In this document: in pieces, positions 35,628-46,799 of the stretch
Numbering within the stretch: position 1 is the stretch's first letter
How the letters are laid out: every line of letters starts with the position of its first letter
From: Mustelus asterias
Taxonomy: Eukaryota
Length of the DNA: 64,000 bases
Reading direction: 5' to 3'
Assembly: GCF_964213995.1 (NCBI RefSeq)
Contig: NC_135830.1
Location: forward strand, 15,004,001-15,068,000
Position numbers and translations under genes: made by a program
The notes under the pieces: model-generated
Told to the model about the DNA's origin: nothing
What the model saw: the letters and a program-made list of their open reading frames with translations, nothing else
Database searches by the model: none

Positions 35628-36554
35628 ATGGGCGTGAAGGCAGTGCAATGTTCCTCTTGCACTATGTTCGAGGTGAGGGACGACGTCAATGTCCCTGCTG
35701 ATTATACCTGTGAGAAGTGCATCCATCTGCTGCTCCTCCAAAACCGTGTAAGGGAACTGGAGCTGGAGTTGGAGGAACTTAGGATCATTAGGGATGCAGA
35801 GATGGCCATAGACAGAAGCTTCAGGGATACAGTTACTCCGCGGAATGAAAATAGATGGGTGACGGTGAGAGGGGCTGGGAAGAAGCAGTCGGTGCAGGGA
35901 TCCCCTGTGGTCGTTCCCCTTAGCAACAAGTATTCCGCTTTGGATACGGTTGAGGGGGACGACATACCAGTGGTGAGCCGCAGTGAGAGGATCTCCGGCA
36001 CTGAGTCCGTCCCTGTGGCTCAGGAGGGTAAGGAGGAGAGCGGGAGGGCAATAGTTATTGGGGACTCGTTAGTTAGAGGGATAGATAGGAGGTTCTGTGG
36101 CAGCAAAAGAGACTCGTGGATGGTTTGTTGCCTACCGGATGCCAGGGTCCGTGACGTCTCGGACCGTGTTTTCCGGATTCTTAAGGGGGAGGGGAAACAG
36201 TCACAAGTCGTGGTACACATTGGTACCAACGACATAGGTAAGAGAAGGGACGGGGATTTAAAACAGGAATTTCGGGAGCTGGGCTGGAAGCTGAGAGCAA
36301 AGACAAAACATGTGGTCATCTCTGGTACGCTACCGGTGCCACGTGATAGCGAGTTGAGGAACAGGGAGAGAGTGCACTTAAACATGTGGTTGCAGGGATG
36401 GTGCAGGAGGGAGGGTTTCAGATACGTGGATAATTGGAACACGTTCTGGGGAAGGTGGGACCTCTACAAACAGGACGGGGTGCACCTGAACCAGAGGGGC
36501 ACCAATATCCAGGGAGGGAAATTTGCTACGGCTCTTCAGGGGGATTTAAACTAA
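35628..36554 (+). CDS. CR1 ORF1: CxxC..CxxC Zn motif, coiled coil and SGNH esterase-like domain
   Basis: CSSC..CEKC, LELELEEL heptads, IGDSLVR, HIGTND, DGVH. Confidence 0.93.
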   Translation: MGVKAVQCSSCTMFEVRDDVNVPADYTCEKCIHLLLLQNRVRELELELEELRIIRDAEMAIDRSFRDTVTPRNENRWVTVRGAGKKQSVQGSPVVVPLSNKYSALDTVEGDDIPVVSRSERISGTESVPVAQEGKEESGRAIVIGDSLVRGIDRRFCGSKRDSWMVCCLPDARVRDVSDRVFRILKGEGKQSQVVVHIGTNDIGKRRDGDLKQEFRELGWKLRAKTKHVVISGTLPVPRDSELRNRERVHLNMWLQGWCRREGFRYVDNWNTFWGRWDLYKQDGVHLNQRGTNIQGGKFATALQGDLN

Positions 36555-39451
36555 TTTGTCAGGGGAGTGGGAAAAGGAGTTGTAGTCCGGAAGTCAGTGT
36601 TGAGGGTGGTGAGATATTGGGGAAGGTATCAAGGTCAAGGGTGGGTACCGGTAGACAGGAAGATGGGTTGAAGTGTGTCTACTTCAATGCAAGGAGCATC
36701 CGGAACAAGGTGGATGAACTTGGGGCGTGGATTGCTACTTGGGACTACGATGTTGTGGCCATTACGGAGACGTGGGTAGAACAAGGACAGGAATGGTTGT
36801 TGGACGTTCCGGGGTATAGATGTTTCAGTAAGTGTAGGGAAGCTGGTAAAAGAGGTGGAGGAGTAGCATTGTTAATCAAGGATAGTTTAACGGCTGCGGA
36901 AAAGCACTTTGAGGGGGATATGCACACAGAGGTAATATGGGCTGCAGTTAGAAACAGGAAAGGAGCGGTCACGCTGCTAGGAGTTTACTATAGGCCCCCA
37001 AATAGTAATAGAGATGTGGAGGAAGAAATTGCTAAGCAGATTATGGATACGTGTGGGGGTCACAGGGTAGTTGTCATGGGGGACTTTAACTTTCCAAATA
37101 TTGATTGGAACCTTTGTAGGTCAAATAGTTTGGATGGGGCACTTTTTGTGCAGTGTGTGCAGGAGGGTTTCCTGACACAATATGTGGATAGGCCGACAAG
37201 GGGTGAGGCCACATTGGATTTGGTACTGGGAAATGAACCGGGCCAAGTGTTAGATTTGGTTGTGGGAGAGAACTTTGGAGATAGTGACCACAATTCGGTG
37301 TCTTTTGTTATTGCAATGGAGAGGGATAGGGCCGGATGGCAGGGCAAGGCTTACAATTGGGGGAGAGGTAATTATGATGCGATTAGGCAAGAATTAGGGG
37401 GCATAAGATGGGAACAGAAACTGTCAGGGAAAGGCACTGATGAAAAGTGGAACTTTTTCAAGGAACAAATACTGGGTGTCCTTGATAGGTATGTCCCTGT
37501 CAGGCAGGGAGGAAATGGCCGAGTGAGGGAACCGTGGTTCACAAAAGAGGTGGAATGTCTTGTGAAAAGGAAGAGGGAAGCTTATGTAGGGATGAGGAAA
37601 CAAGGTTCAGATGGCTCGATTGAGGGTTACAAGTTAGCAAGGAATGAGCTGAAAAAGGGGCTGAGGAGAGCTAGGAGGGGACATGAGAAGTCCTTGGCGG
37701 GTCGGATCAAGGAAAACCCCAAGGCTTTTTACTCTTATGTGAGGAATAAAAGAATGACCAGGGTGAGGTTAGGGCCGGTCAAGGACAGTGGTGGGAACTT
37801 GTGTATGGAATCAGTAGAGATAGGCGAGGTGATGAATGAATACTTTTCTTCAGTGTTCACCAAGGAGAGGGGCCATGTTTTTCAGGAAGAGAAGGTGTTA
37901 CAGGCTAATAGGCTGGAGGAAATAGATGTTCGGAGGGAGGATGTATTGGCAGTTTTGAATAAACTGAAGGTCGATAAGTCCCCTGGGCCTGATGAAATGT
38001 ATCCTAGGATTCTTTGGGAGGCGAGGGATGAGATTGCAGAGCCTTTGGCTTTGATCTTTGGGTCCTCGCTGTCCACGGGGATGGTGCCAGAGGACTGGAG
38101 AGTGGCAAATGTTGTTCCTCTGTTTAAGAAAGGGAATAGAAATGACCCTGGTAATTATAGACCGGTTAGTCTGACTTCAGTGGTTGGTAAATTGATGGAA
38201 AAGGTCCTGAGGGATGGGATTTACGACCATTTAGAAAGATGCGGATTAATCCGGGATAGTCAGCACGGATTTGTGAAGGGTAAATCGTGCCTCACAAATT
38301 TGATAGAATTTTTTGAGGAGGTAACTAGGTGTGTTGATGAAGGTAGGGCGGTTGATGTCATATACATGGATTTTAGTAAGGCGTTTGATAAGGTCCCCCA
38401 TGGTCGGCTTATGATGAAAGTAAGGAGGTGTGGGATAGAGGGAAAGTTGGCCGATTGGATAGGTAACTGGCTATCTGATCGAAGACAGAGGGTGGTGGTG
38501 GATGGAAAATTTTCGGACTGGAGGCAGGTTGCTAGCGGAGTGCCGCAGGGATCGGTGCTTGGTCCTCTGCTCTTTGTGATTTTTATTAATGACTTCGAGG
38601 AGGGGGCTGAAGGGTGGATCAGTAAATTTGCTGATGACACCAAGATTGGTGGAGTAGTGGATGAGGTGGAGGGGTGTTGTAGGCTGCAAAGAGACATAGA
38701 TAGGATGCAAAGCTGGGCTGAAAAATGGCAAATGGAGTTTAACCCTGATAAATGTGAGGTGATTCATTTTGGTAGGACAAATTTAAATGTGGATTACAGG
38801 GTCAAAGGTAGGGTTCTGAAGACTGTGGAGGAACAGAGAGATCTTGGGGTCCATATCCACAGATCTCCAAAGGTTGCCACTCAAGTGGATAGAGCTGTGA
38901 AGAAGGCATATAGTGTGTTAGCTTTTATTAACAGGGGGTTGGAGTTTAAGAGCCGTGGGGTTATGCTGCAACTGTACAGGACCTTGGTGAGACCGCATTT
39001 GGAATATTGCGTGCAGTTCTGGTCACCTCACTATAGGAAGGATGTGGAAGCGCTGGAAAGAGTGCAGAGGAGATTTACCAGGATGCTGCCTGGTTTGGAG
39101 TGTCGGTCTTATGAGGAAAGGTTGAGGGAGCTGGGGCTGTTCTCTCTGGAGCGGAGGAGATTGAGGGGAGACTTAATAGAGGTTTATAAAATGATGAAGG
39201 GGATAGATCGAGTGAACGTTCAAAGACTATTTCCTCGGGTGGATGGAGCTATTACAAGGGGGCATAACTATAGGGTTCATGGTGGGAGATATAGGAAGGA
39301 TATCAGAGGTAGGTTCTTCACGCAGAGAGTGGTTGGGGTGTGGAATGGACTGCCTGCAGTGATAGTGGAGTCAGACACTTTAGGAACATTTAAGTGGTTA
39401 TTGGATAGGCACATGGAGCACACCAGGATGGTAGGGAGTGGGATAGCTTGA
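36434..39451 (+). CDS. CR1 ORF2 (APE endonuclease and RT); no AUG before the endonuclease, lies in the -1 frame of ORF1
   Basis: YFNARS, ITETW, MGDFN, LDL, SDH; QGSVLGP, FADD; first in-frame ATG only at 36920. Confidence 0.95.
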   Translation: MEHVLGKVGPLQTGRGAPEPEGHQYPGREICYGSSGGFKLICQGSGKRSCSPEVSVEGGEILGKVSRSRVGTGRQEDGLKCVYFNARSIRNKVDELGAWIATWDYDVVAITETWVEQGQEWLLDVPGYRCFSKCREAGKRGGGVALLIKDSLTAAEKHFEGDMHTEVIWAAVRNRKGAVTLLGVYYRPPNSNRDVEEEIAKQIMDTCGGHRVVVMGDFNFPNIDWNLCRSNSLDGALFVQCVQEGFLTQYVDRPTRGEATLDLVLGNEPGQVLDLVVGENFGDSDHNSVSFVIAMERDRAGWQGKAYNWGRGNYDAIRQELGGIRWEQKLSGKGTDEKWNFFKEQILGVLDRYVPVRQGGNGRVREPWFTKEVECLVKRKREAYVGMRKQGSDGSIEGYKLARNELKKGLRRARRGHEKSLAGRIKENPKAFYSYVRNKRMTRVRLGPVKDSGGNLCMESVEIGEVMNEYFSSVFTKERGHVFQEEKVLQANRLEEIDVRREDVLAVLNKLKVDKSPGPDEMYPRILWEARDEIAEPLALIFGSSLSTGMVPEDWRVANVVPLFKKGNRNDPGNYRPVSLTSVVGKLMEKVLRDGIYDHLERCGLIRDSQHGFVKGKSCLTNLIEFFEEVTRCVDEGRAVDVIYMDFSKAFDKVPHGRLMMKVRRCGIEGKLADWIGNWLSDRRQRVVVDGKFSDWRQVASGVPQGSVLGPLLFVIFINDFEEGAEGWISKFADDTKIGGVVDEVEGCCRLQRDIDRMQSWAEKWQMEFNPDKCEVIHFGRTNLNVDYRVKGRVLKTVEEQRDLGVHIHRSPKVATQVDRAVKKAYSVLAFINRGLEFKSRGVMLQLYRTLVRPHLEYCVQFWSPHYRKDVEALERVQRRFTRMLPGLECRSYEERLRELGLFSLERRRLRGDLIEVYKMMKGIDRVNVQRLFPRVDGAITRGHNYRVHGGRYRKDIRGRFFTQRVVGVWNGLPAVIVESDTLGTFKWLLDRHMEHTRMVGSGIA

Positions 39452-42400
39452 TCTTGGTTTCAGATGAAGGTCGGCACAACATCGTGGGCCGAAGGGCCTG
39501 TTCTGTGCTGTACTGTTCTATGTTCTATGTTCTAGGGGCAATTTTTTCACAGAGGGTGGTGGGTGTCTAGAATGATTGCCCTTGAATGGAGTGACTTGCT
39601 CAGCCATTTCAGAGGGGCAGTTAAGATTCACCCACATCGCTGTGTGGGTCTGGATTCACATGTAGGCCAGACCGGGTAAGGATGGCAGATTTCCTTCCCT
39701 AATAGGGAGCATTAATAGGGTGAACTGGACAGGTTTTTACAACAATTGATGACAATTTCATGGTCACCGTTACTGAGACTAACTTTATATAATTCCAGAT
39801 TGATTCACTGAATTCAAATCCCACCAGCTGCCTGTCCCCAGATCCTTTGCTGGGTCTCTGCATTACTCGGCCAGCGACATTCCCACCACCTCCCCCTGAA
39901 TGGAATATTCCACAAACCCTTAGTTAAACAGGAAGGAGAAAAGAGAGGCTTTGACCTTTGGATGACCTCATCATGAACTAAAGAAACCTTAAAGCTGACC
40001 ATTCTGTAAAAGTTTGAAAACTTTATTTTTATAAAACACAGAGTAAGAAACAGGTGAAAAGTAACGATGGACGTTGTGACTGACATCAGAAACATTGATT
40101 GACCGGATAAACACTCACTACATCACAGAGCGATCTTCAACCATTAAAGAATTGACCCACAATAAGGAATGAGAGAGCCTTATAAAAAGGGGCAGGAGTT
40201 TACACAGAGAGGTGACACCCACAGCTGCTCAGGATGATGGAATTCAGTTCAGGAAGGGGATAAAGTGAGAAGCTTTTGTGATTCAAGGCAGAAGTATTGA
40301 ACAATCTGGAATCAGTGCTTCTCGAGTTTGCTGACCAGCCGAACACTTCAATTAATCTCATCATAAAAACTCCCAGTGTAAATAACATGGGTTTGACTGA
40401 CAAATGTTGAAGTGTTGATTTAGACCCACAAGTTTTGACTTCCCATTTGAGCCTGGGGCTCCTTTCTGTCTCTATTGCTCGTGTCAATGATAGCCAGGCA
40501 ACGGAGCTGAGGGCTGAATTTAGCTGCAAATAACGGGGCCTGCGCCCCAGTTGGGAAACTGCCCTGGGCGTCGCACTAACAGAGAGACAGGAAGCTGCTG
40601 GAGAACTGACTGGGAAATGGGCCTCCAACCAATCAGGGCACCGGAGGAGGTGACCGGGGCTGATGGTGACGTGACCCCCCAGGGTTCAGTGTCCCTGTGT
40701 CCAAAGCGGGGAGTCACAGGAACAGGGGACAGAGGAGCTGAAGAGAATCCAGTTGTGTCCAGAACATTGTGAACATCCCTTTACTCTGGTTGTCTTTGAT
40801 CCTCAAGTCATTTTCTGTTTGTTTTAACCATGTTCTGTTTCATCAATAAACTTTTATCAGTAAAAATATTTGATTGTTCTGGGCATTTCATGATGAGATT
40901 GATGCACTTTAGGGAAAGTGGGTGAGAGGGGTTGGCAGGCTCTTTAACAGAAAGTGAGTCCCTCTAAGGTAATTGGCAAAGGAGCCAGAGGGGGAGATGG
41001 GATTTTATTTTTGACACAGCGATGTTGGAAAATGGGGTTCAGGGAGTCAATTAACCCTTTCTCCCCTTTTCCCAAACTCTGAAATGATTGCCAGTGATAA
41101 CCCTTATTGGTGACAGTGGTTAGATTTTATTCAGTATCAATAAGAGCTGACACAGGCTAATGTCTGAGCAGTCGTATCAAAGTGCAGCAGCATTACCATT
41201 ACACTCTGGGTAGAAGCAGCATCTCCACGGAAATGCTCCCTGCTCTGCCCCAGATGCCATGGCACCAGTCAATGCAATATGTAAAACCTCGACAAATCTC
41301 TGTGCTCGGGGAATCCCTTCTTATACTTTTTTACATCACAAAGTCTATGGAGACTGATTTAACCCAATCATTACCGAGCCAACGTTTGAACGGATCAATT
41401 ACAAAACCTGTCATTGAACCATCTGTACCTGCCCAAGCCACGTCAAACTCTCAAACAATTGTCTTCCCACGCTCCGTCCCTGGTACAGGGAGTCAGCATT
41501 CCCATGCCAAACAGTGAAAACATGGTGGCCTTGACACCCAGGTGTCATCCAGGATTCAAGGCACTCTTGTTTTCTCTGTCCTCTGCATTTATATTGAATT
41601 TAATTGTTTATCTCCCTGTTCCCACACAGCAAGTCATCTGTTTTCAGCTCTGCTGGATTTCTGCTGAAGTTTGGCCCCTTTTACACCTTTCAGATCAATA
41701 AAACATTTGGTCAATGACCCAAACCACAATTTCCCATCCTGTCACCTGTCAACCATCCTTACCCAGAGCGTAATCACAACAGGAATAAAAACAGGAGAAG
41801 TGTAACAATCAAATTCAATATAAATGCACAGCCAGTCATAGATTCACTAATTAGCAAGAAAATCCCAAGTAGGGGATCTCCCAGGATTCTTAAAGTCCAC
41901 ACCTTGAAGGGGAGGAAAATTATGTCGCTGACCCTCACTCAATTTCACTCCATTATTTTCCAGTTCTGTTCTGGCCCCGCCTGGGGTAACATCTGATCGA
42001 TCTTTTTTGCTTCTGAAGGAGCACCGTGAGTTCTAGGTTACTTGTACATAAGGACAGATGCTTCAAGCAACAGATCAAGCATGGATGTAAAAGATTCTCC
42101 AGCTCTCTCTTTACCCCTATCCGAGGTGTGGACAGTTCTTACTCTGTATTATTTCTTCCAAGCCCTTAATTGTCCTAATCTATAATATTATCATTTTACC
42201 TTTCTTCACTGTGTGTCCATGTGCAGTGTGTTTAATTGGATCCTGATTGTTTTGAACTCAGTTTCTCTGGAGTGTGTTTCAATGCCTTGATGATGTCACA
42301 ATGTTGTCTCAATCCCCTGGCCACATTAACCATTTCATCTCCTGCTGTGTCTCAAGTAGCTGTGTGTGTTTGGGACCCGCTCTTCACTCCATCTCACCAT

Positions 42401-42689
42401 GAATTTAGGCTTGTTATTTTTCACATGTAACAAATCACATCTGTGCACTCACTCCGGTATCCCAAAATCATGTCACACATTGTTAACTCTCAGATGTGCT
42501 GACGAAAGGATCAAAGTGAGTGTCTGTCTTTCTTATCTCCCCCTGTTATGGTGCTGATATTTCATGCAGTGACCAGGCTTTCAAATGTGGATTTCTTTAA
42601 AACAAAGTTCATGGATGTCGGAGTGTTTCACAGACCAAATATTATGCTGGCCTTCACTGATTTACAACTCAGCTAATACAAAGAACAAC

Positions 42690-43008
42690 ATGGCAGTACG
42701 GTGGCACAGTGGTCAGCACTGCTGCCTCACAGCACCAGGGATCCAGGTTTGATTCCTGGCTTGGGTCACTGTCTGTGTGGAGTTTGCACATTCTCCCTGT
42801 GTCTGCGTGAGTTTTCTCCAGGTGCTCCGGTTTCCTCCCACAGTCCAAAGATGTGCGGGTTGGGTTGATTGGCCATGCGAAATTGACCCTAGTTTCTGGG
42901 GGATTAGCAGGGTGAACAGGTGGGGTTACGGAGAAAGGCTGGGATTATTGTCAGTGCAGGCTCGATAGGCTGAATGGCCTCTTTCTGTACTGTTGGGATT
43001 CTATTCTA
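42690..43008 (+). mobile_element. tRNA-derived SINE (V-SINE/HE1-like)
   Basis: ggtggcacagtggtcagcactgctgcctcacag head and attctattctatg tail. Confidence 0.85.
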
Positions 43009-43076
43009 TGAATATAATGAAGCAATGTAATGGGCATCTTGTTGATTTTCAGCCTGGGTGAATACAGTGACCTGGA

Positions 43077-43715
43077 GTTTTATGACCCTTTTGGAATTGT
43101 TGGGTGGAGCCTGATTGAAAGTCAGGTGCTGTCTTTGGACAGTTTTTTTTTTAACAGGAGAAAGTTTTAGTTTCATTTTGTCACAAGCTGTCTGGACTGC
43201 AAACTGAAAGCAGTGTTTGTCGTCTCTCTCTCGAGAATGAAGATTCCGCTGCCTGAGAGTTGCCAGCTGGAACATAGAAGCAAGCAGTCTCTCTCTCTCT
43301 CGGTTTTGGAAGTTCCAGGACAGGGAAGGCAGAGTTTGAATTCAACATTTTAAGCGCTAATTCACAGCAGGTGTTAAAAAGCTGCCAAATCCAGCATCAC
43401 GTGAGCAAACCTGCTTTCTGTGCAAAACCTAGAATGGGGTGTATATTTGTAGGGATTATTTGATTTGGAACACTAAGCTGCACTGGTTGATATAAGAAAG
43501 ATCATGGTTGCTTTTTATTGCAATTGGTAAAAGTTATGCTATTTTTTCTAATTATATTTTAACTGTGTTCTTAAATTAACTTTGTTTGATAAAAGCTTCC
43601 TAGTGGGTCACTTGAATCGTACCTGGAGTGAAACACCTTACACTCACTCGAGTGCAAATCTTATGGCTCGGCTGACTTTGTAAAACACCTTGGATTTCTG
43701 ACCTGGATCATAACA
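43077..43715 (+). mobile_element. Putative solo LTR related to 23313-23907
   Basis: Ends ...ctgacctggatcataaca; shares gtgggtca.ttgaatc.tacctg.agtgaaaca. Confidence 0.45.
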
Positions 43716-43861
43716 CATTTCACCCACACCCAAGGTGAGTTATTCCAATTCCTTTATTGTCCAGGACAATATGTTTGCAATATTTTCAAAACAGAAATTC
43801 GACCTGCACATTTGATTTCAGGTATTAACATATTCTGTTAGTTTGTTCTTTATTGTCAATG

Positions 43862-44155
43862 TCAGGCTGGGGTTGTTCCCCCTGGAGCAAAGGAGGTTGA
43901 GGGGAGATTTGATAGAGGTGGACAAGATTCTGACAGGTTTAGATAAAGTGGACAAAGAAAAGCTGTTCCCATTAGCTGATGGGACAAGGATGAGGGGGAC
44001 ATAGATTGAAGGTTTTGGGTCAGAGATGCAGGTGGAGATGTGATGAAGAATATTTTGATGCAGCGAATGGTAATGACCTGGAACTCCCTGCCTACGAGGG
44101 TGGAGGAAGTGGAGACAATAAACAATTACAAAGGAAATTGGATGGACATTTGGGG
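43862..44155 (+). mobile_element. CR1/L2 3' fragment
   Basis: RLGLFPLEQRRLRGDLIEV-like frame followed by a WNSLP segment. Confidence 0.75.
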
Positions 44156-44419
44156 GGTTTCAAACAGAAATTCTGACTAAATATCTCTGAACTTCCTAAC
44201 ACCCGGTCACTCTGTGATCTTTGTGAAATTGAAAACCAGGTATTTGCAACAAGACTGAAAGAGCATCGGTCCACTGGAGGCAAAGTCGTGAGACCGGCCA
44301 GTCCAGCAGAAAGAAACCCTCCGACCCTCCCCATTGACCAACTGTGAGAATGAACAAAATGCAGTCCTGGTGTAATTGAGAGCAGAAACAATAACAGCAG
44401 AATCTAATCCCCATATTCA

Positions 44420-45342
44420 CTAGTGAACTTGTTGGTGTGTCAGCAGGGTGGATGAATCACAGAATCCCTTCCCACACTGAGAGCAGATGAACAGTTTCTC
44501 CCGGTGTGAACTTGCTGGTGTGATTGCAGGATGGATAACCGAGTGAATCCCTTCCCACACACAGGGCAGGTGAATGGCCTCTCTCCAGAGTGAACTCGCT
44601 GGTGTCTCCGCAGATTAGATAACTGAGTGAATCCCTTTCCACACTGAGAGCAGGTGAATGGCCTCTCCCCGGTGTGAACTCGCTGGTGTGTCTGCAGGTT
44701 TGATAAATCAGTGAATCCCTTCCCACACTGAGAGCAGGTGAACGGTCTCTCCCCAGTGTGAACTCGCTGGTGTGTCTGCAGGTTTGATAAATCAGTGAAT
44801 CCCTTCCCACACTGAGAGCAGGTGAACGGTCTCTCCCCAGTGTGAACTCGCTGGTGTGTCTGCAGGGTGTACAACTGAGTGAATCCCTTCCCACACTGAG
44901 AGCAAGTGAATGGTCTCTCCCCAGTGTGAACTCGCTGGTGTGTCTGCAGGTGAGATAACTGAGTGAATCTTTTCCCACATGCAGAGCAGCTGAATGGCCT
45001 CTCGCCTGTGTGAACACGCTGGTGTTTCTGTAGGTTGGATGACTTACTGAATCCCTTCCCACACTGAGAGCAGGTGAATGGCCTCTCCCCAGTGTGAACT
45101 CGCTGGTGTGTCTGCAGGCTTGATATCTGAGTAAATCCCTTCCCACACTGACAGCAGGTGAATGCACTCTCACCAGTGTGAACTTGCTGGTGTCTCTGCA
45201 GAGTGGATGAATCAGTGAATCCCTTCCCACACACCCAGCAGGCGAACGGCCTCTCCCCAGTGTGGCTGCGCCGATGAACTTCCAGTAGAGAGGGCGCTTT
45301 GTATCTCTTCCCACAGTCTTCACATTTCCACGGTTTTTCCAT
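44420..45342 (-). CDS. C2H2 zinc-finger gene ZNF6 (10 fingers plus an 11th behind a 1-nt frameshift at ~44500)
   Basis: 300-aa [13 protein letters not shown]...; the last finger ends at TAG 44420-22 in the shifted frame. Confidence 0.88.
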
Positions 45343-46082
45343 ATTGTCGGTCTCCTTGTATCATTGGAGGTCAATCATTTGAAGCCTTGTCCACACAGAA
45401 CACGGGTACAGTCTCTCCCCACTGTGAATGCAGCGATGTTTTTTCAGGCTGTGTCACTGGTTAAAGCTCTTTCCACTGTCAGTGCACTGGAACACTCTCA
45501 CTCGGGTGTGTGTTTGTGTCCCGGTGTTTTTCCAGTCACACTGCTGCTTAAAATCTTGCAGTAGACAGACCGGTCAAACATTTCTCCTTCCCATTCAGAG
45601 GCTAAGGATATTTAGTTTCCAAGGAATCGAGTGACTCTGTCAGATCGAGATGTGATCGTTAAGATTTATCGGTGTGATTCCTCTAATATCCTGTGAAAAC
45701 AATTTACAAAATTCATCAGTGTCAGTACAGGATAGAAATTCAGAACAGACAATTCTAGTTTCTATGGAACATTCTTTCCTCTCTCATTCCCCAAAAGCTG
45801 TAAATCTCCATCCCACACACTCTCCCTCCATTCTCACTCTGCTGTATCTAATATTCACCCTCCCAATTCTCCTGAAGGTGCTGATTGAGGCTGATTGACA
45901 GATCCACGCTCACTGCTTCCTGTCCTGGACACAGAGCTGAAAATCTCCATGCAGGCTGCCAGTCCAAAAGAAATATGGCTACATTCTCGACTAAGAATGT
46001 TTTAACTGGATTGTTTCAGTGAGTGAAGATACAGGGGGGTTGTGATTGATGATGATATTGAACTTGCTGCCAACGTGGGTGA

Positions 46083-46500
46083 TCATAGAGTTTTACAGCA
46101 TGGAAAGAGGCCCTTCGGCCCATCGTGTTTGTGCCGGCCATCAAGCACCGTTCTATTCTAACCCCATTTTCCACACGTGATGTGTAACCTTGCATATTAT
46201 GGCATTGCAAGAGTTTATCTAAATTCTTCTTAAATGTGATGATGATTCCCACCTCTACCACCCTTTCAGGCAGTGAGTTCCAGATTCCCACCACCATCTG
46301 AGTGGAAAAGCTTTCCCTCTCATCTCCTATAAACCTCCTGCCCCTGAACTTAAATCCAGGCCCCTGGTTATTGACCTCTCTACTAAAGAGAAAAGTTCCT
46401 TCCTCTCCCCCCTATCTGTGCCCCTCAGAATTTTATACACCTCAATGTTAGGCTGGATAACTTGAGGTTGTTCTCCTTGGAGCGAAGTAGATTGATTGAG
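46083..46500 (-). mobile_element. CR1/L2 3' fragments in the ZNF6 intron
   Basis: ORFs 46016-46297 (WNSLPERVVE..GY) and 46327-46527 (IEVYKILRG). Confidence 0.75.
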
Positions 46501-46799
46501 GTGTACAAGGGTACATGGAGGTGTCAAAGTTTACATGCTCTGTTTACACGTGGACAAGCTCTGACTATGGGTCATCCAGTCTCGAAACGTTGGTTCTATT
46601 CTCTCTCCACAGATGATGTCAGATCTGCTGAGATTTTCCAGCATTTATTGTTTTTATTTCCCTTTCTATTTCCTTCTCTGTCACCGCTCTGCCTCATCAA
46701 TAAGACATTGGGACTCAGAGGGTTGATGCAGTTTGATGGCCAAGTTGTCTCCATTCTGAACACTGGGGAACAAGCTCCTCCCACTGATTGACAACATTG

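Larger units (their letters stand above)
35291..39533 (+). mobile_element. Full-length CR1 LINE with intact ORF1 and ORF2, TSD AGGGGCA
   Basis: TSD at 35284-35290 and 39534-39540; 5'UTR, two ORFs and (TTCTATG)n tail. Confidence 0.95.

Noticed and set aside
39960-40890. Solo LTR (TATAAAA at ~40180, AATAAA at ~40845); similar impressions at 5900-7800 and 63100-64000
   Set aside because: No clear termini, TSD or second copy in the window
32225-44505. Programmed frameshifts in ZNF5 (~32230) and ZNF6 (~44500)
   Set aside because: Both are single-G losses in the GGGGAG linker run; simple mutation or homopolymer assembly error is more likely and raw reads are needed
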